Assembly: GCA_965116205.1 (NCBI GenBank)
Contig: OZ220493.1
Span: 2,613,072 to 2,677,071, forward strand
Length of the DNA: 64,000 bases
Origin: Arenicellales bacterium
GTDB taxonomy: Bacteria; Pseudomonadota; Gammaproteobacteria; Arenicellales; JAJDZL01
Reading direction: 5' to 3'
How positions within the stretch are numbered: position 1 is the stretch's first letter; each line of letters starts with the position of its first letter. Positions 9,108 to 21,880 of this stretch are shown here, piece by piece. The translations under genes were made by a program, and so were the position numbers. Below the pieces are notes generated by a model. That model saw only the letters and a list, made by a program, of their open reading frames with translations. It was not told the origin of the DNA and did no database searches.

Positions 9108-12100
9108 ATGAGCTTTGTCCATCTCAGAGTGCATACGGAATATTCGCTGTCTGACAGCATTATCAAGATTGACGCACTGGCGGCGCGAGCTGCTCAGTAT
9201 GCAATGCCGGCGGTTGGCATTACCGAACGGCTGAATGCATTCAGTACCATCAAGGTCTATAAAACCTGTAGAAAATACGGTATCAAACCCATCATTGGTA
9301 CCGAAATTACAGTTGAAAATTCCCAAGCGGCAGACACACCGTTCCTGTTAGTGCTGATCTGTCAGAACCATGAAGGCTTTCAGGCGATGTGCAGGCTGCT
9401 GACCAAAGCACATCAGCGACTTAAGACTGAGGGGCGAATGGAGGTGAAGCCTGCATGGCTTAAGGCGTCTGACTGTCAAGGTCTGATCGCTCTGTCTGGC
9501 GGCCAGCATGGTGAAATTGGACAGCACCTGCTGGCCAACCAATTCGATCTGGCGCGTCAGACGCTCGGTCGGTATCAGAAGATTTTTCCGCAGCGGTTTT
9601 ATCTAGAGATTTCCCGTATTGAAGAGCAATTAGAGACGGTGTACAACAATTCGATTCTTGATTTTGCTGACCAAACCGGTATCCCGTTGGTGGCAACACA
9701 TTTGCCATGTTTCCTAGACCGTAATGAGTTTGAATACCATAAACTGAAAGTCATCATTCACAAGCAGCAGACCGGCAGTGGTAGTCAAGTCAATGCTGAC
9801 ACTCATACCCCGGAACAGTATTTCTGTTCCGGCGCGGAAATGAAAGAAAAGTTTGCCGATTTGCCGAATGCCCTGGAGAACACGGTTGAAATTGCCAAAC
9901 GCTGCAGTCTGCAGCTCGAATTGAATCGTACCACGCATATGCCTCCTTACCAGACGGAGGCAAAAGCTCTAAGTATTAACGATCATTTGAAACAGTCGAG
10001 TTACGCGGGCCTCAACGCCCGTTTCCAAGGACAACATGATGCGCGATACACCGATCGCCTTGAGCACGAATTGAAGATTATTGCGGCAACCAACTTCGCC
10101 GGCTATTTCCTGATTGTATCGGACATCATTCGATGGGCAAAATCACAGCATATATCCGTCGGGCCAGGGCGAGGTTCCGGTGCCGGGTCATTAGTGGCTT
10201 ACTGCTTGGATATTACTGAAATTGATCCGATTAAACACAGCCTCATTTTTGAACGATTTCTGACTCCGGACCGAATTTCACCGCCTGATTTTGATATTGA
10301 TTTTTGCATTTGGGAACGAGACCGGGTCATTGAGCATGTAACTGCTAAATACGGAAAAGAAAAGGTTGCACAGATCATTACTTATCAGACAATGGCGGCG
10401 CGTGCCGCAGTCAAGAATGTGGGGCGGGCGCTGCGGCCTGATTATCTTTTCTATGATCAGTTGGCCAAGTTGATACCGGAGGAATTGAACATCACCTTAG
10501 ACCGGGCCTTGACCAAGAGTAGCGACTTAAAGAGTCGCTATGACAATGAACCACGGGTTAAGGAACTCCTTGACAGTAGTAGAGTACTTGAGGGAACAGT
10601 GCTTAATGTCAGTAAGCACCCGGCCGGCCTGGTCATTGCGCCGACTCAAATTACCGATTTTTCGCCGTTGATGGCGGACACTGAAAGTAGTCGAGATACA
10701 ACTCATTTTGATAAAGATGATCTTGAAGACATTGGATTGGTTAAATTTGATTTTCTTGGACTCCGGACGTTGACTATCATTGCTTTGGCACTGCGTACGA
10801 TCAATGAACGGCGTAAGGATTGCCCACCACTGGCTGAGCATCAGATTCCTGACGGTGACCCGTTGACTTATGAGTACATCAGTAGCGGTCGTACCGCCGG
10901 TATATTTCAACTGGAATCGGGTGGTATGCAAAGACTGATTGAGTCAATCAGACCGAAGCAATTCAGCGACCTTGTGGCGCTGCTGGCGCTGTTCAGACCC
11001 GGTCCGCTCCAGAACAAAATGGATCAGATGTATATCGACAATCAAAATCGTCGTCAGTACGAAGTTCCACACCCGGATTTGCGAGAAGTACTTGATGAGT
11101 CACATGGTGTGATACTGTATCAAGAGCAGGTGATGAAGATCGCTCAGATCATGTCGGGATATTCACTGTCCGAAGCAGATACACTGCGTAAAGCGATGGG
11201 TAAGAAATTGAAACAGGAAATGCAGGAACAGCGTCATCGATTCGTGAGTGGTGCTACGGCGAGAGGTTATGAGGAAAAACTTGCCGGCAATGTTTACAGC
11301 CTGATCGAAAGTTTTGGTGGATATGGTTTTAACAAATCGCACTCGGTGGCTTACGCTCTGCTGGCTTATCGAACAGCATATTTGAAAACTCATTTTCGCG
11401 CCGACTACTTGGCCGCATTCATGAGTGTTGACATGGATATAAAAACCATTGTCAAACTCTGCGCCGATGCAAAAGCGCAAGGCATTGAGATCATTCTTCC
11501 GGACATCAATCGTAGCGTCAGTAATTTCTTAGCACTCAGCGATAAGCAGATACTCTATGGGCTAGGTGCAGTCAAGCGGGTCGGAAAAATGGTGGTTGAT
11601 GCCATTATTGAAGTCCGTGAAAATGGTGGCGAATACACAAATTTTATGGACTTTTGTCTGAGAAACAATAAACAGATTGTAACCAAACTGATATGCGAGG
11701 CGTTGATCCATGCCGGATCATTTGACAATCTACATCCGAATCGTCGCGAACTGCTCAATCAGTTTGAATACATTCATAAGACTGCCCAACGCCGCACGCA
11801 GGATGAAAAAACCGGTCAACTGAGTCTGTTTGGTAACGAAACGGAACATGAATATGAGGAATCATCAAGTGAAGTTTCGGTATCATGGTCGAAAGTGCAA
11901 CTGCTTGCCAAAGAACATGAAATTCTGGGACTGTACGTGAGCGGACATCCCAGTGAAATATACGCTGATGAACTGCGCACCTTGAATTTGGTTGAACGAA
12001 TTTCCGCAATCGATCAGAAAACGCCGGAAACTTTAAAAGTCGCCGGTTGCGTATGCAATCGCACTATCGTGGAGCGGCGAGGTGAAATGGTCGGGTATTT

Positions 12101-12554
12101 TGAGCTCGAAGATGCCTCCGGGCAGTTGTCTGTCGCCGTCTATTCAGAAGTGCTGGCCCAGTACCGGGATTTTATCCAAGACAACCAGATGGTTATCATC
12201 GCCGGTCGCTTGAATCAATCGAATGGCGAAGCGCAGAAAAGGATGCACGCCACCTGGGTATGGAGTATTGAAGAGATTAGACGTTCAAAATGGGCGAAAA
12301 TTGTTTTAATTCTCAAATCGGAACTTGTTGCACGAGACACAATCGTAGGAATTAAGAAACTGATGACCGATCAAGATGGCGACCGACATCACGTGGACAT
12401 CAGATATATTTCGAAAAACGGTGCGCTCGTCCATTTTAATTTGAACGATAGCTGGCGTGTTACGATCACTGATGAACTGATCTTTCAGTTCAGAGGATTA
12501 CTCGGAGAGGATGCAGTATTGGTGGATTACTCTGACGTACAGCTGCCGAATTAA
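9108..12554 (+). CDS. dnaE: DNA polymerase III subunit alpha
   Basis: PHP domain start [12 protein letters not shown], 1148 aa, polymerase core motifs ([24 protein letters not shown]) and an OB-fold region. Confidence 0.97.
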   Translation: MSFVHLRVHTEYSLSDSIIKIDALAARAAQYAMPAVGITERLNAFSTIKVYKTCRKYGIKPIIGTEITVENSQAADTPFLLVLICQNHEGFQAMCRLLTKAHQRLKTEGRMEVKPAWLKASDCQGLIALSGGQHGEIGQHLLANQFDLARQTLGRYQKIFPQRFYLEISRIEEQLETVYNNSILDFADQTGIPLVATHLPCFLDRNEFEYHKLKVIIHKQQTGSGSQVNADTHTPEQYFCSGAEMKEKFADLPNALENTVEIAKRCSLQLELNRTTHMPPYQTEAKALSINDHLKQSSYAGLNARFQGQHDARYTDRLEHELKIIAATNFAGYFLIVSDIIRWAKSQHISVGPGRGSGAGSLVAYCLDITEIDPIKHSLIFERFLTPDRISPPDFDIDFCIWERDRVIEHVTAKYGKEKVAQIITYQTMAARAAVKNVGRALRPDYLFYDQLAKLIPEELNITLDRALTKSSDLKSRYDNEPRVKELLDSSRVLEGTVLNVSKHPAGLVIAPTQITDFSPLMADTESSRDTTHFDKDDLEDIGLVKFDFLGLRTLTIIALALRTINERRKDCPPLAEHQIPDGDPLTYEYISSGRTAGIFQLESGGMQRLIESIRPKQFSDLVALLALFRPGPLQNKMDQMYIDNQNRRQYEVPHPDLREVLDESHGVILYQEQVMKIAQIMSGYSLSEADTLRKAMGKKLKQEMQEQRHRFVSGATARGYEEKLAGNVYSLIESFGGYGFNKSHSVAYALLAYRTAYLKTHFRADYLAAFMSVDMDIKTIVKLCADAKAQGIEIILPDINRSVSNFLALSDKQILYGLGAVKRVGKMVVDAIIEVRENGGEYTNFMDFCLRNNKQIVTKLICEALIHAGSFDNLHPNRRELLNQFEYIHKTAQRRTQDEKTGQLSLFGNETEHEYEESSSEVSVSWSKVQLLAKEHEILGLYVSGHPSEIYADELRTLNLVERISAIDQKTPETLKVAGCVCNRTIVERRGEMVGYFELEDASGQLSVAVYSEVLAQYRDFIQDNQMVIIAGRLNQSNGEAQKRMHATWVWSIEEIRRSKWAKIVLILKSELVARDTIVGIKKLMTDQDGDRHHVDIRYISKNGALVHFNLNDSWRVTITDELIFQFRGLLGEDAVLVDYSDVQLPN

Positions 12555-12570
12555 CTTGATCCAAAGTGAA

Positions 12571-13560
12571 ATGAATCGAACCAGTCCTTCAGATACCAAT
12601 CCATCTCAATTTCTTGATTTTGAACAGCCGATTGTTGAGATTAAGGCAAAAATCGATGAGTTGCGGCGATTCGATAGTGAGAATGACGTTGATTTTTCGG
12701 ATGAGATCAGTCGACTGGAAAAACAACGAACCAATCTGGAGCGGTCTATTTTTTCGTCGTTGACGCCATGGCAGATCACTCAGCTAGCGCGTCATCCTAT
12801 GCGACCTTATACGCTTGATTACATTGATCAGATTTTTACAGACTTCCACGAACTGCATGGTGACCGCGCGTATGCTGATGATGCGGCGATTGTTACCGGT
12901 CTAGCGCGATTCAACGACCGGGGAGTAGCACTCATCGGCCACCAGAAGGGACGTAACACCAACACCAAAATCAAACGAAATTTTGGCATGCCTCGTCCTG
13001 AGGGTTACCGCAAAGCACAACGGCTGATTCAATTAGCTGAACAGTTTTCACTGCCTATCTTTACCTTTGTTGATACACCAGGCGCCCATCCGGGATTTGA
13101 TGCCGAATCGCGCGGCCAAAGTCAGGCGATTGCAACCAGTATGTTGGCTTTGATTCGGGCGCGATGTCCGATCATTTCCACCGTGATTGGTGAAGGCGGT
13201 TCGGGCGGTGCGCTGGCCATTGGTGTAGCTGATGAAGTCATCATGCTTGAATATTCCATCTATTCAGTCATTTCACCGGAAGGCTGCGCCTCTATTCTAT
13301 GGAAAGATTCAGGCAAAGCTGCAGATGCCGCTGAAGTATTGGGGTTGACATCGGCCGCACTTGCGAAGCATGGATTGATCGATGTCGTGGTAAAAGAACC
13401 ATTGGGTGGTGCCCATCAAAATCTTGGTGAGATGGCCGATCGACTGAAGCAGCAGTTGCAAACCAGTCTCGAACATCTGTCTTATCGTTCAATGGATGAA
13501 TTGTTACAGTTGCGAGAAACCAGACTTCGATCGTACGGAGAGTATCTACCGGCTCATTAA
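12571..13560 (+). CDS. accA: Acetyl-CoA carboxylase carboxyltransferase subunit alpha
   Basis: [18 protein letters not shown]..., [12 protein letters not shown] and [12 protein letters not shown] motifs. The ATG at 12571 was chosen because the ORF-track start at 12511 lies inside dnaE. Confidence 0.93.
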   Translation: MNRTSPSDTNPSQFLDFEQPIVEIKAKIDELRRFDSENDVDFSDEISRLEKQRTNLERSIFSSLTPWQITQLARHPMRPYTLDYIDQIFTDFHELHGDRAYADDAAIVTGLARFNDRGVALIGHQKGRNTNTKIKRNFGMPRPEGYRKAQRLIQLAEQFSLPIFTFVDTPGAHPGFDAESRGQSQAIATSMLALIRARCPIISTVIGEGGSGGALAIGVADEVIMLEYSIYSVISPEGCASILWKDSGKAADAAEVLGLTSAALAKHGLIDVVVKEPLGGAHQNLGEMADRLKQQLQTSLEHLSYRSMDELLQLRETRLRSYGEYLPAH

Positions 13561-13570
13561 AGTTCATACG

Positions 13571-14923
13571 GTGAATCTTGAACCTCAGCAGCTATACTCG
13601 CGATTGACTGATATCGCTGAGTGCCAAGTGTGCACCACTTATCTGGTCGGTTACAGTGGTGGACTCGATTCAACAGTATTACTCCATCTACTTTACCGCC
13701 TGCGCCAAACTGTTGATTTCTGCTTGGTGGCATTGCACGTTGACCATGGTATTGCATCGAAGTCGGCACAATGGGCTTTTCACTGCGCCCGTAACTGTGA
13801 ATCCTTGGGAGTGGATTTTCGTACCACGAAACTCAACCTCAGTCATATGAACAGCGGCCGGGTGAGCGAAGCTGAAGCGCGAACTCATCGATATGCCTGG
13901 TTCAGTCAACAGTTGCAGGCCGGTGAATATCTACTCACTGCGCATCACCAGAATGATCAGGCAGAAACCGTGCTATTGAATCTGATGAGAGGTGCCGGAG
14001 TACGTGGACTTGCGGGGATCCAACCGAAACAGGAATTTTCATCAGGCTGGTTGTTACGGCCACTGTTGGATGTTTCTCAAGCAGAAATCAGAGAGTATGC
14101 GAAGGTGTGGAATTTACCATATATTGAAGATTCAGCCAACATGGACCTACAGTACGATCGAAATTATCTGCGACATGTCATCATCCCGGCATTCAGTGAA
14201 CGGTGGCCGACCGCCAGTCGACAGATCAGTCAAACTGCTGAACATCTTGGTCAATCAAGACAAATGCTGGCGGCGCTGGCTCAGCAGGATACTGAATTTT
14301 GTCAATCAGCCGGATCAGGTTTTTTGAGCATTGGAACACAATTGTGTGTTGAGAATCTGAAAAGTTTAGATGATGCCCGGCAGATCAATCTGTTGCGTCA
14401 TTGGACCCGACAGTGGTTGCAGAGTGAACCGAATCGGCAGGCACTCAATGAGTTTATTACAACGGTAATAAAAAAAGATAAAGAGTTTGCCGAACTAGCT
14501 TGGTCGAATTACCGGCTCTATCGTTATCAAAATAAGTTCTATCTGACCTTGGCGGCCGGTGCCGGTGAGTCGCCACAACCCCTCGCATGGAATTTACAAA
14601 GCTCCTTAAAATTGAAAGAAAAAGGTTTTGTTCTGTCGACTCATTGTGTCACGGGTTACGGATTGAATCCTAGCAAATTATCGGATGAAATAACCGTGCG
14701 CTTCCGGCGGGGTTCTGAGCGAATTCGTCTGCCGAATCGTCAACATGCCACTTCACTCAAAAAATTGTTTCAGCAGCATTTCATTCCGCCTTGGGAACGC
14801 GACCAGTTGCCACTGATCTACTGTCAGAATGAACTGATTGCTGTCGTACCGTGGCTTATATCTGATGAATTCAAGGTTGGTGAGGGTGAGGATGGAATAT
14901 CGATCTCGCTGGACCGGTTATGA
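13571..14923 (+). CDS. tilS: tRNA(Ile)-lysidine synthase
   Basis: PP-loop YSGGLDS motif about 27 aa after the GTG at 13571. The ORF-track ATG at 13496 overlaps accA. The start is uncertain within this range. Confidence 0.88.
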   Translation: MNLEPQQLYSRLTDIAECQVCTTYLVGYSGGLDSTVLLHLLYRLRQTVDFCLVALHVDHGIASKSAQWAFHCARNCESLGVDFRTTKLNLSHMNSGRVSEAEARTHRYAWFSQQLQAGEYLLTAHHQNDQAETVLLNLMRGAGVRGLAGIQPKQEFSSGWLLRPLLDVSQAEIREYAKVWNLPYIEDSANMDLQYDRNYLRHVIIPAFSERWPTASRQISQTAEHLGQSRQMLAALAQQDTEFCQSAGSGFLSIGTQLCVENLKSLDDARQINLLRHWTRQWLQSEPNRQALNEFITTVIKKDKEFAELAWSNYRLYRYQNKFYLTLAAGAGESPQPLAWNLQSSLKLKEKGFVLSTHCVTGYGLNPSKLSDEITVRFRRGSERIRLPNRQHATSLKKLFQQHFIPPWERDQLPLIYCQNELIAVVPWLISDEFKVGEGEDGISISLDRL

Positions 14924-15097
14924 GGAATGAAGACGAAAAAACTTGGAAGTTGCTCATGTTGGCGCAATCGTCTTGAGTTTAGGTTTCAAGCGGATGCGCG
15001 ATAACCTCCAGTTACAACAAGTACAGAAGAAACTTCAGATCTTTTGGAAGCAATAAAATTGTCTGAAAAATTTGTTCATTTTCTGATAATCTATTAG

Positions 15098-17646
<2,549 letters not shown>

Positions 17647-17656
17647 AATTCAAGTT

Positions 17657-18925
17657 ATGACTACTCCTGTCATCAGCAGCATCCGCGGGTTTGAAATTCT
17701 AGATTCGCGTGGTAATCCAACCGTTGAAGCAGAAGTGGTGCTGAGCGACGGTGCTGTAGGTAGTGCGAAAGTTCCCTCCGGAGCATCGACCGGCATGAGG
17801 GAAGCCAATGAACTGCGAGACAATGATTCAACTCGTTTCTCGGGTAAGGGCGTTCTCTGCGCGGTAGATAACGTGAATGTGCAAATTGCTGGACGACTAC
17901 GGGGAGAAACACCTTTTGAGCAGGCCGTAATAGACCAGACAATGAATCAACTGGATGGGACGAATCGAAAAACCCAATTGGGAGCTAATGCCATTCTTGC
18001 TGTATCCATGGCAGTTGCCCGCGCCGCCGCTCATTCTCTCAAGTTGCCTCTATATGAATATCTTTGCAATCATGAAACTCTGCAACTACCGGTACCGTAT
18101 TTCAACATTCTGAATGGTGGCGCGCATGCCAACAACAATATTGATGTACAGGAATTCATGATTGTACCGCAGCGGGCTACCACTTATCGTGAAGCACTGC
18201 GAACCGGGGTTGAAATCTACCATGCGTTACGGATGTTGCTAGATGGCCAGGGGTTCAGTACGGCAGTTGGTGATGAAGGCGGCTTTGCCCCGAATTTGGA
18301 GTCTAATGAGCAGGCACTAGAGTTGATTATGCAAGCTATTGAAACCGCCGGATACGATTCACACAGCGAGATTGGTATTGCGCTCGACGTCGCCAGTTCG
18401 GAATTCCACGCAGATGGTGATTATTTTTTGGCTTCCGAAAATAGACACTTAACCGCCACACAGTTGATTGAACGACTGTCGTCTTGGGTTGATCGGTTCC
18501 CGATCATTTCGATCGAAGATGGCATGGCAGAGGAGGATTGGCGTGGCTGGCGGGAGCTGACACGACAACTTGGCGACCGGGTGCAGTTGGTGGGTGATGA
18601 TCTGTTTGTAACCGATGCCGAAACTCTGCAATTGGGAATTGATCAATCCATCGCTAACGCAATACTGATCAAACTCAATCAGATTGGTACGGTCACCGAG
18701 ACGCTCTCAACGATTTCAGTTGCAAAGGCGGCAAACTATGGCGTCCTGATTTCACATCGTTCGGGAGAAACTGAAGACAGCATCATTGCGGATTTAGCCG
18801 TTGCGACAGCGGCTGGACAAATTAAGTCAGGGGCACCATGTCGCTCAGATCGCACTGCGAAGTACAATCGCCTGCTGAAAATTGAAGCTCAGCTGGGGGA
18901 CCGGGCGGTCTATGCAGGTGGTTGA
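17657..18925 (+). CDS. eno: Enolase
   Basis: [25 protein letters not shown]-terminus at ATG 17657. The ORF-track start at 17591 overlaps kds[10 protein letters not shown] motif. Confidence 0.96.
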   Translation: MTTPVISSIRGFEILDSRGNPTVEAEVVLSDGAVGSAKVPSGASTGMREANELRDNDSTRFSGKGVLCAVDNVNVQIAGRLRGETPFEQAVIDQTMNQLDGTNRKTQLGANAILAVSMAVARAAAHSLKLPLYEYLCNHETLQLPVPYFNILNGGAHANNNIDVQEFMIVPQRATTYREALRTGVEIYHALRMLLDGQGFSTAVGDEGGFAPNLESNEQALELIMQAIETAGYDSHSEIGIALDVASSEFHADGDYFLASENRHLTATQLIERLSSWVDRFPIISIEDGMAEEDWRGWRELTRQLGDRVQLVGDDLFVTDAETLQLGIDQSIANAILIKLNQIGTVTETLSTISVAKAANYGVLISHRSGETEDSIIADLAVATAAGQIKSGAPCRSDRTAKYNRLLKIEAQLGDRAVYAGG

Positions 18926-18944
18926 ATTTTAAGCTGTAGAGAGC

Positions 18945-19280
18945 ATGACCAAGCGAAACAAACAGATTCTGATCACTGCCGCACTGCTGATTGCGGTGAC
19001 AGTTCTTCAATACACATTCTGGTTTGGAAAAAATTCGGTGACGACACTCAAAGAAACTCAATCGCTGATTGCCGCGGAAGATACACACATTACCGAGTTA
19101 AAAAAGCGAAATGAACGATTAAAAGCTGAGATTATTGACCTTAAAACGGTTGGTGAATCCATGGAAGAAAGAGCTCGAACGGAACTCGGACACGTTAAAG
19201 AAGGCGAGGTTTTTTATCGAGTCGTTGAAACGGATGCGGCACAGATGTATACTCAACCGGCGACCGAAGAATCTGATTAA
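18945..19280 (+). CDS. ftsB: Cell division protein FtsB (septum formation initiator)
   Basis: 111 aa with a single N-terminal TM and a coiled coil. Canonical position after eno. Confidence 0.85.
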   Translation: MTKRNKQILITAALLIAVTVLQYTFWFGKNSVTTLKETQSLIAAEDTHITELKKRNERLKAEIIDLKTVGESMEERARTELGHVKEGEVFYRVVETDAAQMYTQPATEESD

Positions 19281-19307
19281 GCGAATTTCAACACATTTTA
19301 GCCAACC

Positions 19308-19327
19308 AATCAGTTTTTCAACTGATT
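19308..19327. terminator. Weak hairpin between convergent ftsB and ygfZ
   Basis: AATCAGT-ttttca-ACTGATT, a 7-bp AT-rich stem with no clear U-tract. Confidence 0.2.
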
Positions 19328-19335
19328 GATTTGAG

Positions 19336-20271
19336 CTACTGATCTTTCAATTCTGGAATCGGGTAGGGTGGTTCTTGGCTTTCCAATTGCAGAGGGTATT
19401 GATCAGCTATCAGTAGACTTTTGTGATTGATGAATTTAAGTGGTACGGAAACCAGCATTTCAGCTCGCTGACCATTTTTTTGAATCAGCGAATTGATGAC
19501 CATTCCGGTCTGGCTGCCAACGATATCCGGGCAGGTGATGACATCACCCGGCTTCGGTGCCGCTCTCGCGTTGCAGTATGCCTGAAACATCCGTCGATTG
19601 ATGCCACCTCGGTAATGCAATCTGGCAACAATTTCCTGTCCTGGATAGCAACCTTTGGTCCAGTTGATTGCATCAAGCAAGTCAAGGTTAATGGCTTGGG
19701 CAACCATAGTTTCACTAGTATCTGGAACCACCCAAGGTATACCGGCGGCAATGTCCTGCGCCCACCACATTTCTGCAGGGCATAAGTTTTCCGAAGTTGC
19801 GGCCCCTTGTACCTGACCCAGTGCCGTCAATATTCCGTGTCGTCTGTCAACTCCAGGCCATCGAAGCACAGTTGACTCATCAATCAGTTCGGTTTCCCAT
19901 ACAGATTTAGGTAGGCTCGAATCAACCATTCCGGAAGCACCTATGCAACTGCAGAATACTAAATCAGGTCGAATGTCAATGGCCACTTTTGCTCTCAACC
20001 TATAAAGTTTCAGGCGTCTTGTCAAAATTTCAGCCAATTCCTTCGTGATCACCAGATAGTATTTCTGGTATCGCATCATCAAAATGAAGTTGGCAATCAC
20101 TCGCCCCTTAGGATTTAAATAAGCGGAAAACTGCGCTCGTTCATGAGTAACTTCCGAGACATCGGAAGTTAGCTGGCGCTGTAGGAATGATTGTGCATCG
20201 TTTCCTGCAATCTCTATGATGGCCAAGTGTTTCAGAATGTATGGATTTAAAAAACTAGATTTTGATTCCAT
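19336..20271 (-). CDS. ygfZ: Folate-binding Fe-S cluster repair / tRNA-modification protein YgfZ
   Basis: GcvT-like fold and the signature KGCYPGQEIVAR. 311 aa. Confidence 0.88.
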   Translation of the reverse strand: MESKSSFLNPYILKHLAIIEIAGNDAQSFLQRQLTSDVSEVTHERAQFSAYLNPKGRVIANFILMMRYQKYYLVITKELAEILTRRLKLYRLRAKVAIDIRPDLVFCSCIGASGMVDSSLPKSVWETELIDESTVLRWPGVDRRHGILTALGQVQGAATSENLCPAEMWWAQDIAAGIPWVVPDTSETMVAQAINLDLLDAINWTKGCYPGQEIVARLHYRGGINRRMFQAYCNARAAPKPGDVITCPDIVGSQTGMVINSLIQKNGQRAEMLVSVPLKFINHKSLLIADQYPLQLESQEPPYPIPELKDQ

Positions 20272-20326
20272 GTTAATAATTCAAAGTCAACGGAAATTCA
20301 GAAGATGGTGGCATTGTGTGCAGTCA

Positions 20327-20334
20327 ATTGGTTT
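20327..20334. repeat. Left copy of the 8-bp target-site duplication ATTGGTTT of the composite transposon
   Basis: Identical octamer lies immediately outside the left IS (20327-20334) and immediately outside the right IS (25287-25294). Confidence 0.85.
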
Positions 20335-21349
20335 GGCTCTATTCTAAAATTGTATGCGCAGGCGATCAGCAGAAATTGACCGCGGCCCTCAGACAGACCT
20401 GGGGACGTCTCCGCCCGCCCTGCCGATTAAGCAGGTGATTCCATCTCAGATAGCTGTCCAAATAGCTGGTGGCGATGCCTCGGAATGGTTTCAGGAACAG
20501 TTTGAACTCGCGGGGCCGGCTGTTCACCGTCTGAATGTGCAGGGCCCCGCGCACCCGCTCGCCGGCGGACTGGTTAATCGCCTCATGACCGACGCCGAGT
20601 GCCTGTGCCACGCGCGGGTAGCAGGGGTTGGCATCGGACACCAGCAGCGCATCCGGCTGAAGCATGGGGCGTAGCCGTTCAATCAGATTGGCCACATTGA
20701 CGGTCTCCAAGCTATGGCTGGCCGCCGCACCACTGCGGTCGGTGGCGAACAGCATCGGCACCAGTTCGGCGGACCGCCCGCGGGTTGTGCTGGCCCTTGA
20801 AGCTCCGTAGCATGAAGGTTTCATCGGCCTCGACGATGCCATCCAGCCGGTCCGGCGACTGCGCGACGGCGGCCAGGAAACGGTGGCGCCATTGAAAGGC
20901 CGTACCGACCGCAATGTCACACTGTTCGGCCGCGGTGCGCACACTGACACCTTGGTCCAGGCAGGCCCCGAAATCCAGCCAGCGTTCCTTGTGATGCAGA
21001 CCTTGCAGCGGCGTGCCGGTGACCGCGTTGAACGTCCGCCGGCAAGCCTTGCATTGGTCGCGGCGAAGACCATTGTTTCGCCCGCGCGCGATCGCCCCAG
21101 GTGCTTGGCAGTGCGGACAGATGCGGGCTTCATCGACACTCATTTCGATGGCCGTAATGGACGCCTGACCGGTGTCTGAGGCGGTGACCGCCTCGACCAC
21201 CTGACGCTTTTGTGTCTGGGTCAACTCCTCCAGTTGCGCGAGCAGATCCCGAAATTGTTGATGTTTCATAAGGTGAATAACTCCAGTAAAATATCCAGTT
21301 TTTTAAGTATCTGATATTATACCAAAGCATATATTTTTAGAATAGAGCC
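20335..21349 (-). mobile_element. IS1595-family insertion sequence, copy A (1015 bp, internally deleted)
   Basis: Terminal IRs are GGCTCTATTCTAAAATTGTATGC (left) and the reverse complement of GCATATATTTTTAGAATAGAGCC (right). It lacks 53 bp that are present in copy B. Confidence 0.9.
20366..21269 (-). pseudogene. IS1595-family (ISXO2-like DDE) transposase, frameshifted by a 53-bp deletion
   Basis: The N-terminal zinc ribbon (CPHCQ...CKACRRTFN) and IVEADETF DDE segment are in one frame (20712-21269). The C-terminal part is in another frame (ending 20366). The deletion junction is near 20786. Confidence 0.88.
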
Positions 21350-21880
21350 AAACTCTTCTTATCAGGTGCTGACCTGAGTCAGATTCTGCCTGCCCCGGAC
21401 AGCGCCGAACTCGTAATCAAACTAGAGAAACAACTGAGCAGAGGTATGAAAACAGCGAATTGAATTTCAAAGTTCAGATTTGAAACCCAATCCATCTGCC
21501 ACGACGATTCGCCACCTGCAATCGAACATTTACAAACTGATTTGATCACTATGGATTTTTACAGATCTCTAACCCCGGTAATTAAACCCGAACACCGTAA
21601 AAAAATCTCCAAAACCGGCTCTTCAAAGAATGTTTTGTCATTTCATCCTGCATCGTGTCTGTCAGTTTGACGTCATTGATCACCTAGGCATAGGTAACAA
21701 AAAATCTTTTCAATACAACAACCCATTCAGCACTTTCATGAAAAATATTCAACTGTGACTTGATTGAAAAGTCAATCCATATCTTTAAAACAAACAACTT
21801 TCTGCTGTCTGCTGGTCAAGGACATTACTCCGGTCGACGGATAATTAAACCGTGAATGAACACATCCTGGGTTGCCGAAT

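Noticed and set aside
20354-21179. Plus-strand and alternative-frame ORFs inside the IS copies (20354-20674, 20883-21179, 24238-24558, 24820-25116, 24567-25076, 24758-24991)
   Set aside because: These are shadow frames of the GC-rich transposase gene. Only the minus-strand frame carrying the zinc-ribbon and DDE motifs is meaningful.
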